From: a bacterium
Lineage (GTDB): Bacteria > Patescibacteriota > Patescibacteriia > Patescibacteriales > UBA12465
Direction of reading: 5' to 3'
Assembly: GCA_035414245.1 (NCBI GenBank)
Contig: DAONYH010000002.1
Location: 30,537 to 94,536 of the forward strand
DNA: 64,000 nucleotides
Below the pieces are notes generated by a model, which was given only the letters and a program-made list of their open reading frames with translations, did not search any database and was not told where the DNA came from. Positions 1-13,595 of the stretch are shown here, piece by piece. The translations under genes and the position numbers were made by a program. How positions within the stretch are numbered: position 1 is the first letter of the stretch; each line of letters begins with the position of its first letter.

Positions 1-376
1 CTTTGAAACGTTCTAAATCACTCGCATATTGAGGAATCTTTACCCCGAGCAATTTTTCTCCTTCTTCTTCATTAACAAAATATTTAGCCGGCGTTTTAAC
101 AACTCCACCGGCTAAGGCTTCAACTACATAATGCTCGCCATCTTCTCCTTGACCAACATAAATTCCCACATGACCGGGATTAATGCCGGTTAAAATTCCA
201 TTACTAATTTCTAGTAATTTATCAGTGGTGTAGCCGAACATTTTGCCTTGGCTGGTCGTCCGATAAATCAAAGCTCCGGGAGTGAGAGCAAAAACAGTTT
301 GTGGTAATAATAAATAGCAAAGCCAAACAAATATTAGGCTCAATTGAAAAATAAATTTTTTATTTTGGTAAAACAT
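1..376 (-). CDS. Secreted hypothetical protein, 3'-truncated by the window edge. It looks weakly NlpC/P60- or permuted-papain-like.
   Basis: My own reverse-strand translation from the ATG at 374-376 reads MFYQNKKFIFQLSLIFVWLCYLLLPQTVFALTPGALIYRTT...NPGHVGIYVGQGEDGEHYVVEALAGG.... The N-terminus is hydrophobic and signal-like, and the frame is open to base 1. It is absent from the ORF track because it is edge-truncated. Confidence 0.5.
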   Translation of the reverse strand, partial: MFYQNKKFIFQLSLIFVWLCYLLLPQTVFALTPGALIYRTTSQGKMFGYTTDKLLEISNGILTGINPGHVGIYVGQGEDGEHYVVEALAGGVVKTPAKYFVNEEEGEKLLGVKIPQYASDLERFK

Positions 377-397
377 ATTTTTATTGTTAATAAATTA

Positions 398-1327
398 TTA
401 ATGCCAATATTTTTTCCAATCTTCCGCGCTCACCTCAATTTCCGCTAAAGAATTATCACCAAATTGCAATAAAATGTCCCGAGCAGTGATTTTTATCACT
501 GGATCAACACTATAATCATATATAGAAATTAGGATTGATCTAGTTTCGCTGGGATAAAGTTCATAATATTCACTGAGCAGAAATATTAAATCCAAATTTA
601 AACTGGGACTTAAAACACCGCTAAAAAGAAAATTTAAAATCATATCTAGTTGCTCAACTTGCAAGGCCTCTTCTTTATTTGTTAGGCCACTCAGAGCTTT
701 AATTGCTTCTCTTTTTAAGGTAGTACCGCTTTCACTGTTTAAAATAAGAAAATAATAATCAACTAACTCCGGATCAGGCATATTCGCTAAATAATCGCGA
801 ATGATAATTGCTTTTATTTTCTCATCGCCCGCCGGATGAGCTAAGTAATCAATTAAAAAATCAGGCGGATTATTGTTCCCATAGGCTTGAGAAATTATTT
901 GCATTAATTCTTCGTAGAAAAGTTGTTCGCTCTCGGTTAAAGATTTAGTTTCTGATCCGGGTTCTTCCTTTTCGGGCAAACTAAAATATTTTTCTACATC
1001 AACTAATAATTTTTTATCTTCTTTAACAGCCTGTGCCAATTTTTCCCGACTTCTCTGCCGCTTATAACGACATTCTTCATGGCAAACAGTCTGATTATTA
1101 ATCTCGTCTTTTAAAGCTAAAAGTTCCAAACGACTAGCGCTCACCCGACTTAAAGAAAAAAACAAATAACCAAACACCGTAAAAACCAACAAAAGAAAAC
1201 CACTTAAATAAGGATGCGCTTTTACTTTAAGTAAAAGTTTTCTTAATTTAACTTTCAAATAATATCTTAGTTGATAAAACCAAGATTTTGTTTTCAGGGG
1301 ATGAAATAATGATGGAAAAATTTTCAT
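398..1327 (-). CDS. Hypothetical N-terminally membrane-anchored protein
   Basis: 309-aa ORF with one TM-like segment (PYLSGFLLLVFTVFGYLFFSL). I recognise no motif. Confidence 0.6.
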   Translation of the reverse strand: MKIFPSLFHPLKTKSWFYQLRYYLKVKLRKLLLKVKAHPYLSGFLLLVFTVFGYLFFSLSRVSASRLELLALKDEINNQTVCHEECRYKRQRSREKLAQAVKEDKKLLVDVEKYFSLPEKEEPGSETKSLTESEQLFYEELMQIISQAYGNNNPPDFLIDYLAHPAGDEKIKAIIIRDYLANMPDPELVDYYFLILNSESGTTLKREAIKALSGLTNKEEALQVEQLDMILNFLFSGVLSPSLNLDLIFLLSEYYELYPSETRSILISIYDYSVDPVIKITARDILLQFGDNSLAEIEVSAEDWKKYWH

Positions 1328-1393
1328 ATAATTAATGTTATAAAAGCCCTTTGGCTTTGAATATAATTAATGTTATAAAAAAGCCCTTTGGCT
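1328..1393. repeat. Direct duplication of the approximately 30 nt immediately upstream of the 398..1327 start codon
   Basis: ataattaatgttataaaagccctttggct (1328-1356) recurs at 1363-1393 with two extra A. Each copy contains the 3' arm of the adjacent hairpin. Confidence 0.85.
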
Positions 1394-1421
1394 ATGACAA
1401 TGAATATAGCAAAAGGGCTTT
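1375..1421 (-). terminator. Hairpin plus U-run (terminator or attenuator) in the leader of 398..1327
   Basis: The arms aagccctttggct and agcaaaagggctt give 13 bp with 1 mismatch. On the minus strand a T-run follows the hairpin. Confidence 0.5.
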
Positions 1422-1483
1422 AAACCGACTTTAATTTAAAATTCAACTGGTTTTAAATTTTTCAAAAATTTTTTATCTAAAAT

Positions 1484-1515
1484 AAAAAACCCCGCTTACT
1501 GACAAGTAAACGGGG
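1484..1515 (-). terminator. Rho-independent terminator-like hairpin
   Basis: ccccgcttac-tgacaa-gtaaacgggg forms a 10-bp stem with 1 mismatch, followed by T6 on the minus strand. Confidence 0.65.
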
Positions 1516-1702
1516 CAAAACCAATTAAGAGAAAGCCTGTTCAAATGAAAAAAAGAAATGAAAAAAATCGAAAACTCAACAAATGAATCATAAAAAAATA
1601 AAACAAATAACAGACACAACACAAAAAATACAATAAAAAATTAACCTTGAAAAAACCTTTTTTTTCTCTTTACTGGTTTATTTTTAAAAGAACCTGCGTT
1701 TT

Positions 1703-1731
1703 ATAATAACAAACTTTCTTTTTCTCGTCAA
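1703..1731 (-). promoter_or_regulatory. Sigma-70-like promoter candidate
   Basis: The minus strand reads TTGACG-N17-TATTAT with TG upstream of the -10 box. It lies just after the stop of 1754..3979. Confidence 0.4.
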
Positions 1732-1753
1732 GATAAAGCCGCCAGACAAAAAA

Positions 1754-3979
1754 CTACTGGCTATCACTGAAAGCTGCCTCAATTTGCGGTTTAAGGGCTG
1801 GATTGATTTCAACCGCTTTCATGGCTGCTTCATAAGATTTTATGTTATCACCCAGTTCTGAATAAAGATAAGCTAAATTTAGCCAAATATCAGCATTCTT
1901 AGGCAATACTTCAGTTAATTTTAATACCACTACCAACGCCCGCTCAAAATCTTCTTTTTCCACAAAAAATGAAGCGACTGTTAATAATGATTCAGCATTC
2001 CCTAAATGATCAACCGCGCCACCATCAATACATTTTTTATAAGCCTCATAAGCCTCATCTTGTCTTTTTTCTAATCCATAAAGCTGACCCAGGCGACAAT
2101 AGGAATGAGGATAATTTGGATTTAAAGCGGCTGCCTCTTCGGTAACTTTGGTTGCTTCTTCTAATTTTCCTAAAGATAACAGAGACTGCGCCTTGGAAAA
2201 ATAAACCGGAATACGACCTGGACTAGATTCAATAGCTTTCTCCGCAAATTCTAAAGACAAGTTAGCGTAATGTATTTTTTTCTCTTCATCACTAGCATAA
2301 ATTCTAGATCCTAAATCGCAAACTTGCGACATTTGTAAAAGTAATAAATTATCTTGTGGATTATACTGTAAATTTTCTTTAGTCAAATTAAAAATAAAAT
2401 CATACTCTTGATCCATTCTTTCCGGTTCTAAACTAGTTAGGATAACATGATTGGCAGATACTAAATTAATTAGCATTGAGCGACCGTCACGATCAAGACC
2501 TGTACCTGTTAAGCTAGTGTGGAATATTTCTAATCCATTTTCAATTTGTCCAGATAAAATATCTGTATAGCCTCTAATTACTCCTTTAAACATATTCCAA
2601 GGTTTAAGATTATACTGAGAAGTAAATAAAAAAGTAATAAGCAATAAAATCGCTAAAATCCAACCTTCACGCGTACGATTTAACCAGCTTGAAGTAACGT
2701 TTAAATTATCTTTTTCTAAAATTAACTCATCTTCCCTGTTTAACCAATAAATATAACCTAAAATTATCATTAAAGAAATATAAGTAACAAAGGAATCAAA
2801 AATAGCTAAATTCTGAATAAAATAAGCGGCCAAAAGACCTAAAATAATCACCACTTCTAAATTACGTCGCCCGCTTGGCTCAGAATTAATTCGATAATTA
2901 TTCTTCTTCAATCTTTTATACAAATAAATTAAAGCAAAAACAAAAACACTCAGGTAAGCAAAAAGACCGGCCAAACCAGTAGTAGAAGCAATATCAATTA
3001 AATTGTTATGCGCTCTGTCAAAATAAACTTGAACCCAATCATAATTGAAAAAAACCGGATCAAATTGTTTGTCAAAAATAATGGCGTAATTACCAAAACC
3101 AGTGCCTAAAAACGGATGATTGCCAAATTCTCGCCAAGCGCCTCTCCAAGATAAAAGTCGGGTTTGAAAAGTCGCTTTTTGCGGTGTTAAATTTTTTAAA
3201 AAACTATTTTGAAACCAAGCTGCTTCTTGCTGGGAAAAAATAAAGACCAGGGTGATGACCGCCAGACCGACTAAAGAAAGAAAAAATATTCTTTTCTTTT
3301 TTTGGACATGCAGAATTCCTATTAAAAGTAAAACTAAAAATACTCCTCCGGCTAAACCAATAATCGCTCCCGAAGTTCTCATATTCTCAAACTCTAAAAG
3401 CATAATTAAGATGGGAACTAGATAGACATAACGCCAATTGGAACGAGTTTTGAAAAACAACAAAGCAGCAAAAAACAAATTAAAAATCAAATAGCCGCTA
3501 ACATAGGCGGTATTACCAATTCGGCTATAAGAATTAGCTCCAAAAAGTCCAATTAAACTAATAATCGTGGCCGCTGCCACAGATGATAGAAACAAAGCTC
3601 GCCATTCTTTTTCTTCTCTAAAAACAGTGATGATAATAATAAAAAAAATCAGAAAATGAAAAATATGAAAGAAACCCAACATTCTTTCGGCATCTCCCCA
3701 AAAACTTAAATTAAAATCCACACCCGTAAAAGTTGAAATTAAAATAACGGCCAAATAAGCAATTAAACTATAAACCATTAAATTTAATTTAGGACGATAA
3801 GCCGGATAACGCCAAATAAACAATAGCCAAAAAACTAGTAAAAATTCCATTAAAATATTAAAAGGAATTTGTTTGCTAACAATAAAGGGAAATAAAACTT
3901 TAGGAGAAACAAGTAAAACAAAAAATAAAGAAACAATTACTCCAATTTGAAGTAAGCGCAAATAAAATTTAGATGACAT
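1754..3979 (-). CDS. O-antigen ligase/polymerase-like polytopic membrane protein with C-terminal TPR repeats
   Basis: 741 aa. The N-terminal two thirds are multi-TM with a Wzy_C-like loop (GTGFGNY...DRAHNNLIDIASTTGL). The C-terminus has TPR-like repeats (AQSLLSLGKLEEA..., YCRLGQLYGLEKRQDEAYEAYKK). Confidence 0.7.
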   Translation of the reverse strand: MSSKFYLRLLQIGVIVSLFFVLLVSPKVLFPFIVSKQIPFNILMEFLLVFWLLFIWRYPAYRPKLNLMVYSLIAYLAVILISTFTGVDFNLSFWGDAERMLGFFHIFHFLIFFIIIITVFREEKEWRALFLSSVAAATIISLIGLFGANSYSRIGNTAYVSGYLIFNLFFAALLFFKTRSNWRYVYLVPILIMLLEFENMRTSGAIIGLAGGVFLVLLLIGILHVQKKKRIFFLSLVGLAVITLVFIFSQQEAAWFQNSFLKNLTPQKATFQTRLLSWRGAWREFGNHPFLGTGFGNYAIIFDKQFDPVFFNYDWVQVYFDRAHNNLIDIASTTGLAGLFAYLSVFVFALIYLYKRLKKNNYRINSEPSGRRNLEVVIILGLLAAYFIQNLAIFDSFVTYISLMIILGYIYWLNREDELILEKDNLNVTSSWLNRTREGWILAILLLITFLFTSQYNLKPWNMFKGVIRGYTDILSGQIENGLEIFHTSLTGTGLDRDGRSMLINLVSANHVILTSLEPERMDQEYDFIFNLTKENLQYNPQDNLLLLQMSQVCDLGSRIYASDEEKKIHYANLSLEFAEKAIESSPGRIPVYFSKAQSLLSLGKLEEATKVTEEAAALNPNYPHSYCRLGQLYGLEKRQDEAYEAYKKCIDGGAVDHLGNAESLLTVASFFVEKEDFERALVVVLKLTEVLPKNADIWLNLAYLYSELGDNIKSYEAAMKAVEINPALKPQIEAAFSDSQ

Positions 3980-4008
3980 AAAATATAACTAGTTAAAAAA
4001 CGTTAACT

Positions 4009-4038
4009 AAATTAAGCTCTTTTAAATTAAGCTCTTTT
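4009..4038. repeat. Perfect 15-nt tandem duplication in a divergent promoter region
   Basis: aaattaagctctttt occurs twice, back to back. Confidence 0.9.
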
Positions 4039-4196
4039 ATTATATAACACGAGAAGACTTAAATCAAAAGCTAATATTGACTTTTTTTAATAAGTATGTT
4101 ATAATTCTGTTCATAGAAATTAGACATCTTTTTCTCTATTTTTCTATTTTAATGTAGTAAAACGCAATAAATTGAACTTTAAAAAAATAATAAATC

Positions 4197-5093
4197 ATGA
4201 AAAAGCAAGCATTTAAAAGAGCAGTTTTTTTGATTGTGGCTGTCATCGGCCTCAATTTGATCTCTCAGGCACAGACGCCATCCGATGAATTTCTGGATGT
4301 CTATCGTCAAGCCCTTGAGCTTAACAAAAATCGCTTTCAAAATCTGGACCTTATTCAGATTGGCGATGTAGTTATTTTCCCTTCCCGCTTCATCACTAAC
4401 AGTTATGAAGCCTTAATTGCCCCAGCGCCAATAAACGGCCAGCACGCTTCCATTTGGACGCTCACCGAAGATTATCTTCGAGCTGAAATTAAACCGTTGG
4501 CTGCCGAGGCAGTTGATTACTATGAAGAGGCAATTGCTGAACCAGCATCTGTTGAACCAGCATCTTCTGGTTATGAAGAAGCCAAAAAACAACCTCTTTT
4601 TCCCCGACGGACGATAATCGCCTTAAGTTTAATCTTTTTCTTTGTTTTATTGGGTTTTATAAAAAAATACCAAAAATTTTGGAAAAGATTATTCCGCTTC
4701 CAAGATTCGGATTCTAATATCCCCATCGTAACCAACATTAAAAATCTAAACCCTCAGCAATTAATTAATATCTTGAAGAAGCTTTACTTACAAGATAATG
4801 AACGATTAATCGCTGTTAAGCAAAGTATTTTACGAAGTAACACAGGTTCGGAAGAAATAAATGCCCTAATGCAATTTGGCAGTGCTAAAGCAAGAAAAAT
4901 AATTCTCAAATCCGGAGAAAAAATATTCAAACTTGAGATTATCAATTTAAAATCTTTGCAAATCCGCACTCAGTATTTGCACGGCATTTGCTTGCATAAC
5001 ATTTACTTTGAAAATTCTCATTTCCCTCTTAGTTGGGAATTAATCACCGATGAAGTGTTAATGCCAGAAACTAAGCCGAGTAAAATTGCTTAG
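4197..5093 (+). CDS. Hypothetical signal-peptide protein with a central TM segment
   Basis: 298 aa with the signal peptide MKKQAFKRAVFLIVAVIGLNLISQAQ and the TM segment IIALSLIFFFVLLGFI. A weak LysM-like stretch (LIQIGDVVIFPS) is not enough to call. Confidence 0.55.
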   Translation: MKKQAFKRAVFLIVAVIGLNLISQAQTPSDEFLDVYRQALELNKNRFQNLDLIQIGDVVIFPSRFITNSYEALIAPAPINGQHASIWTLTEDYLRAEIKPLAAEAVDYYEEAIAEPASVEPASSGYEEAKKQPLFPRRTIIALSLIFFFVLLGFIKKYQKFWKRLFRFQDSDSNIPIVTNIKNLNPQQLINILKKLYLQDNERLIAVKQSILRSNTGSEEINALMQFGSAKARKIILKSGEKIFKLEIINLKSLQIRTQYLHGICLHNIYFENSHFPLSWELITDEVLMPETKPSKIA

Positions 5094-5121
5094 TTCTATG
5101 TAAAATTGCTTAAGTACTTTC

Positions 5122-5151
5122 AAAAAAGCGCCCCCTAAAGGCGCTTTTTTT
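5122..5151. terminator. Bidirectional terminator between convergent genes
   Basis: A6-agcgcc-ccctaaa-ggcgct-T7. Confidence 0.75.
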
Positions 5152-5169
5152 CTTTGCTTGAATGAAAAA

Positions 5170-5610
5170 TTATTGACTGGGATTAAGGGTAATTCCAGCT
5201 GGGGTAGCAGTATTAAGACCAGCCGGAACGCCGGCAGTAGCAGCGCCTAAACAATATTCAAGAGTATAAGAAGTTTCATCACCACTAATAGTTTGCTGCT
5301 CATAAGTATATTTAGTTGATCCGGCGCAACCATCATCTGGAATCGGAGGATAAGGAATAACCGCCATATAAGTAGTACTGGTGCTAGCTAAAATTAATCC
5401 AGGTGCCACACTAGCTGTACTCGGATATTGGCCAACATCATGAGCATACAAAGCTAGAGCGCTTTGCATTTGCTTTACATCTCCTAAACGTTTAGAATCA
5501 CGAGCGCGTGCTCTTGAAGTTTGAAGCGCGATAACAGAAATGGTTGTTAAAATACCTATAATGGCAATCACAACCAAAAGTTCAATTAAGGTAAAACCTT
5601 TCTTTTTCAT
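5170..5610 (-). CDS. Type IV pilin / type II secretion pseudopilin-like protein (prepilin N-terminal methylation motif)
   Basis: The N-terminus MKKKG|FTLIELLVVIAIIGIL matches the classic G/FTLIE prepilin cleavage and methylation motif plus a hydrophobic helix. Confidence 0.85.
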   Translation of the reverse strand: MKKKGFTLIELLVVIAIIGILTTISVIALQTSRARARDSKRLGDVKQMQSALALYAHDVGQYPSTASVAPGLILASTSTTYMAVIPYPPIPDDGCAGSTKYTYEQQTISGDETSYTLEYCLGAATAGVPAGLNTATPAGITLNPSQ

Positions 5611-5714
5611 ATTTTTTTGTTAAATTTTTTTATATAAATTAAAGTAATTCTGAATAAAGCAAAAGCTATTAAACATAGTCTTGCTAATATTATAGTAAAT
5701 TTTAGAAAAATGCG

Positions 5715-5743
5715 CAAATAAATACACCGCTAGGCGGTGTATT
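5715..5743 (-). terminator. Hairpin abutting the stop codon of 5745..7364
   Basis: Perfect 10-bp stem aatacaccgc/gcggtgtatt with a 3-nt loop and T-rich flanks. Confidence 0.5.
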
Positions 5744-5744
5744 T

Positions 5745-7364
5745 TTAATTTAAAACGATATTGTTGGCTGCATTCTTTAGTTCAGTCATAAAATCAAAAT
5801 CAAAGAGAAGAAGCGCCAGTAAGAGAATAATCAATAAAATCGCTTGCAGAATTATTGATTTATGTTGCACTTTAATGTGAACAAAAATATTAATTGCCAA
5901 CGAAATTATTAAGAAAACCAAGAAAAAGATATAAAGCACTTTTGATAACTTGATTATTTTTCCGGCCTTGCTAATGTCTTGATTGCTACTTGTCGCAATT
6001 ACTACTTGCTCAGTCGGTAATTCTTGATTAGACAAAATTTCTTCGGGAGTAGTATCAATGGCAATTGTCTCAATTTCCTGATTAGCAGAAAGATTATCAA
6101 CGCTATGAGTTGCTTCCATATTGTCAGCTGCTTCTGTATTGCCAGCTGTTTCCGTGTCTAGCTCTGAGGTTTCAGTATTATCAATTAAATTTTCCGACTG
6201 ATTATTTGTTTCTTGAGTTGGTAAATCAACCGTGCTGATAACAGGCATAACAACTTCCTGAGCTTGAGCTAGAACATCAACTTGAGTTTCAGTTTCAGCC
6301 GCAACGATTATTTCTTCCTGGGGCTTGACCGGTTCTTGGCTCGGCGTAGTATTTTCAGGACTTGGTTTTGATGCTTCAGGACTTGGTTTTGATGCAACAG
6401 TTTCAGCGACTGAGTTTGGCGTAGTAGTTTCAGCGGTTATTAAAGGAATTATTTCCGCAATCGCCTCAGGTTTATTTTCCACAGTCACCACTTCTGAATC
6501 AACTACCACCGCTTTAAAAGTATCTGCTCCGGGCGCGGTGGGGACAATAGCGATTGTCTCAGTTGACTCTTTTTTATAAGCAAAAATTTCTACTAAAATA
6601 TTAGTATTTTCTCCATTCAATTCACCGTTTACAACCGCTAAGCCAACATCCGTATATTTAGGATTTAATAAATTCTTTTTATGTGACGGCGAAGCCATTA
6701 GGGCGGCGTGAACATCACTAGCGGCAATAAAGTTCATGCCTAGATTTTCCCCTACTAATAAATAAGGATAAGCATTACGATTAACAAAGTGCCAAGGTTT
6801 GCGACCATCAGGGCTGGTATGAGAAAAATAATTCTTAGCTAACATGTCATCCGCTTTGGCTTGGGCAGCTTGATTTAAAACCGGATTAAGTTTTACCGGC
6901 GAAGCACCACTGGCAACACGAGATTCATTAGTTAAAAGCAAAAGTTGATTAACGGTTGTCTCGGACATTTCCGCTGTTTCTTGGTAAATAGAAAACAAAT
7001 AACCAACCAAAGATACTTTCAAGATGATGAGCAAAATAGCGATAATCGTTAACTGCTTGGGACGTAAAATTTTAGGACGATTATCATTGTCGGCGCTGGG
7101 GATAAAATAATCTTTAAATAAGTCACTGGCATCGCGACAATATTTTCTAAAAGTTTGTTTGCCACTGACCAATTCTCTAATTTCCCTTTTTTCTTCTTTA
7201 ATAAAATCAATAAAATTATCTTTAATATTGTCTTTACTCTTCTTTATTCTTTTTATTTTTTTTCTTATAACACCTGGATCTTCGTAATAAAGAAAAAAAG
7301 AACCAAGCTTAAAAGCCGTTCTTTTAAAATTCTTTTTTACTAATTTTAGCCAATTTTTTAACAT
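5745..7364 (-). CDS. Membrane protein with a CAP/SCP/PR-1 (YkwD-like) domain and a Pro/Thr/Glu-rich spacer
   Basis: The CAP-like block reads AAQAKADDMLAKNYFSHTSPDGRKPW...GENLG...ALMASPSHKKNLLNPKYTDVGLAV. A TM segment lies before it and two after. The protein contains the 21-nt coding tandem repeat ASKPSPE x2 at 6354-6395. Confidence 0.75.
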   Translation of the reverse strand: MLKNWLKLVKKNFKRTAFKLGSFFLYYEDPGVIRKKIKRIKKSKDNIKDNFIDFIKEEKREIRELVSGKQTFRKYCRDASDLFKDYFIPSADNDNRPKILRPKQLTIIAILLIILKVSLVGYLFSIYQETAEMSETTVNQLLLLTNESRVASGASPVKLNPVLNQAAQAKADDMLAKNYFSHTSPDGRKPWHFVNRNAYPYLLVGENLGMNFIAASDVHAALMASPSHKKNLLNPKYTDVGLAVVNGELNGENTNILVEIFAYKKESTETIAIVPTAPGADTFKAVVVDSEVVTVENKPEAIAEIIPLITAETTTPNSVAETVASKPSPEASKPSPENTTPSQEPVKPQEEIIVAAETETQVDVLAQAQEVVMPVISTVDLPTQETNNQSENLIDNTETSELDTETAGNTEAADNMEATHSVDNLSANQEIETIAIDTTPEEILSNQELPTEQVVIATSSNQDISKAGKIIKLSKVLYIFFLVFLIISLAINIFVHIKVQHKSIILQAILLIILLLALLLFDFDFMTELKNAANNIVLN

Positions 7365-7489
7365 AAGGTAAATCCGGCGCTAATTTTAACTATCTTAATA
7401 TTATAACAAAATAACTCTATTTTGTCAATATTAGCAAAAAATAATTATTTCTAAAAAAATTAATTATTTTTTAAATATTTTTTAACTAA

Positions 7490-7521
7490 TAAAAATAAGG
7501 TAACAAATTATGTTACCTTAT
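7490..7521 (-). terminator. Terminator after the sortase gene
   Basis: Perfect 10-bp stem ataaggtaac/gttaccttat with a 7-nt loop and T-rich flanks. Confidence 0.6.
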
Positions 7522-7553
7522 TATTTTATCATATTTTGTCAAAAGCAGAAAAT

Positions 7554-8408
7554 TTATTCAATCGTTTCAGTGGAAGTGTCGGGCTCGGCAGGGGTGCTGG
7601 GTTCGGTAGAAGTGCTGGGTTCGATAAAAGTGTTGGGCTCAATATAAGTAGTATTTAGTTCACTACCTTTTATTTCATTTTCCATCTCACTTTCCATTTC
7701 GTTTTCTATTTCATTTTCCATTTCGCTTTCTATTTCATTTTCCAACCATTCATAGCCAGTCAAAACATCTGCTAAATTCTCTTCCCCAGCCACTAAGTCA
7801 GAAATAATAACCAATCTTTTTTCTGTGGAATAAATGGGATGACAAGTGTACATCGTTAGAATTGGTGTAGCGCTTTTATCATAAGGCGAAGCATCGCTCG
7901 GATCCACAATTTTTATTTCCTTAACTCGATAATAATAATCGTTTCCCTTCCAGAGCACAGAAAAAACATCGCCAATTTCTAACTTATGAAAAAGATAGAA
8001 AGTGAGGTTGCTGGGGGGGAGATATTTAAAGCGATGACCGGTAATGACCGTATTACCGCCCTTATCAGGAGTTGAGCCCTTAGGCACCATCCAAGCACCC
8101 AATGAAAGGCCGTAATGCTCATTATCAGTCAAAATAACCGGCGCATTAACCCCAATTTTGGGGATAATCAGGCGATCCGGCGAAACCGTGTATTCACTCT
8201 CAGGAAGTTCTCTTTTTATATTTTCCACTTGCTCGGTAACTGCCTCTAAATCTTGAGAAGTCGCTTCTTCCAGCGTGCTAAAATTATATTTAACTTCAGG
8301 ATAAAACGGCAAACAAATTAAATATAAAGCCAAGGCAACAAATAAAAGTCTTAGCGTGATGACTAAGACTTTTATGAATTTCGGATTATGGAAAAATTTA
8401 AATTTCAT
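7554..8408 (-). CDS. Sortase family transpeptidase with an acidic repeat tail
   Basis: N-terminal TM anchor, catalytic His context NTVITGHR, catalytic Cys context ILTMYTCHP and a downstream Arg (EKRLVII). The C-terminal E/N/M repeat is ESEMENEIENEMESEMENE. Confidence 0.85.
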   Translation of the reverse strand: MKFKFFHNPKFIKVLVITLRLLFVALALYLICLPFYPEVKYNFSTLEEATSQDLEAVTEQVENIKRELPESEYTVSPDRLIIPKIGVNAPVILTDNEHYGLSLGAWMVPKGSTPDKGGNTVITGHRFKYLPPSNLTFYLFHKLEIGDVFSVLWKGNDYYYRVKEIKIVDPSDASPYDKSATPILTMYTCHPIYSTEKRLVIISDLVAGEENLADVLTGYEWLENEIESEMENEIENEMESEMENEIKGSELNTTYIEPNTFIEPSTSTEPSTPAEPDTSTETIE

Positions 8409-8484
8409 TAAAGTTTGTTAATTACGAAACTTTAAATTTTACTTGATGAATAGCTAAGAATAACTTAATTGAACTACACCTAAA

Positions 8485-12183
<3,699 letters not shown>

Positions 12184-12431
12184 AAATTTTTAGTTTAAAA
12201 ACATTTTGGTTTAAAGCCATAAACAAAAATGTTCACAAACTATGAAATATCTTTTTTAAAATAAAAATAAATTATTTATTAACAATTTTAAAATACAAGG
12301 TTATCTTATGTTAAAATTATAAATAAGTCAATAATAATCTGCCTTTTTATTACTTTTTTGTCAAACAAGACAAAAACAATAATCTGTCAAACAATTAAAC
12401 ATCTTAGCAACGAAAAAAAATCCTGAACAAT

Positions 12432-12473
12432 ATAAAAAGCTCTGGTTTCCAAATAAAAAGCTCTGATTTCCAA
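12432..12473. repeat. 21-nt tandem duplication overlapping a terminator arm
   Basis: ataaaaagctctggtttccaa / ataaaaagctctgatttccaa, with 1 mismatch. Confidence 0.85.
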
Positions 12474-12484
12474 ACCAGAGCTTT
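12451..12484 (-). terminator. Terminator after the CaCA gene
   Basis: 9-bp stem aaagctctg/cagagcttt, followed by a T-rich run on the minus strand. Confidence 0.5.
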
Positions 12485-12527
12485 ATTAAAAAAACACTTT
12501 CAACGCAAAAAAACATTCCTCTATTCC

Positions 12528-13469
12528 CTAGCTTCCCGCTAAAAACAGATTAAAAGCGACAAAAAGAATATAAACCATTAACAAAATCATTCCCTCCAGT
12601 CGGCTTAAACTTTTATTAGTATGTGAAAAAATTAGGAGTAAAATAATAATTAAAGTAACAAAAAAGGCTAAGGCATAATAGACTGGACCGATGGTAAAGG
12701 TAATAGGATTTAAAATTGCCAATAAACCAAGGACCAAAATATTGGTAAAGGCTGAGCTGGTTAAATAACTTAAAGATAGTTCTGAGGTTTTATGTCGCCA
12801 AGCGGTAACGGTAATCATAATTTCCGGCAAGTTTGTTCCGATTGAGAAAAGCAATAGACCAACCATCAGTTTACTCATTTTTATTTGTTCTAATAATATC
12901 AAGGTAATTTGGATAATGGCGCGAGAGATAAGGACAACTGCTAATACTCCAAAAATGGTAATAAAAATCTTTTTTACTATCTTCCGCTTGCCAATAATCA
13001 CTATTCCCCTGTTCGGTAAATGGGCATAATTAATAAAATATAAATAAAAAATCAGGCCTAAATACAAAAAAATCATTATTATTCCATCAACTAAGCCAAA
13101 ACTTCCATCCACACCTAAGAAAAAGGGCGATAAAGTAACTAGTGATGTCGGCAATAAAGAGCGTAAATTGTCAGCTGTGTCAATTTTGCGATTTAAAATC
13201 AAACTCATCCCTAAAACTAAACCGATCACCACTACTATTCCCCCCATAATATTTCCGACTGATAAAGAGGCAACATTATGAAAAGTAGCGTTTAAACCAA
13301 CCATTAACTCTGGCAAAGTGGTCATGATACCCAAAATCACTCCCAAAGCAAATATTTTCATTCGTAAAGACAAGGCAATTAAACGAATGTTTTTTACGGC
13401 TAAATCAGCTGCCCAACCTAAGAGAGCAAAAAGAATGAGTAAAATTATTATAAGCAAAATAACAGGCAT
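12528..13469 (-). CDS. Ca2+/cation antiporter (CaCA, YrbG-like)
   Basis: 313-aa polytopic protein with two alpha-repeat-like motifs, MTTLPELMVGL...GNIMGG and GTNLPEIMITV. Confidence 0.75.
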   Translation of the reverse strand: MPVILLIIILLILFALLGWAADLAVKNIRLIALSLRMKIFALGVILGIMTTLPELMVGLNATFHNVASLSVGNIMGGIVVVIGLVLGMSLILNRKIDTADNLRSLLPTSLVTLSPFFLGVDGSFGLVDGIIMIFLYLGLIFYLYFINYAHLPNRGIVIIGKRKIVKKIFITIFGVLAVVLISRAIIQITLILLEQIKMSKLMVGLLLFSIGTNLPEIMITVTAWRHKTSELSLSYLTSSAFTNILVLGLLAILNPITFTIGPVYYALAFFVTLIIILLLIFSHTNKSLSRLEGMILLMVYILFVAFNLFLAGS

Positions 13470-13537
13470 AGATAAATAAAAAAATAACTAATAATAAAAT
13501 AAAAATAAAAATAAATTACAAGTTAATTATAGCATAA

Positions 13538-13579
13538 AATAAAAAAACCCGTATATCGTTAGAAACGATTTACGGGTTT
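13538..13579 (-). terminator. Strong rho-independent terminator
   Basis: 16-bp stem (aaacccgtatatcgtt / aacgatttacgggttt, 1 mismatch) with a 3-nt loop, followed by T6 on the minus strand. Confidence 0.8.
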
Positions 13580-13595
13580 AACGAAAAGAAACCGA

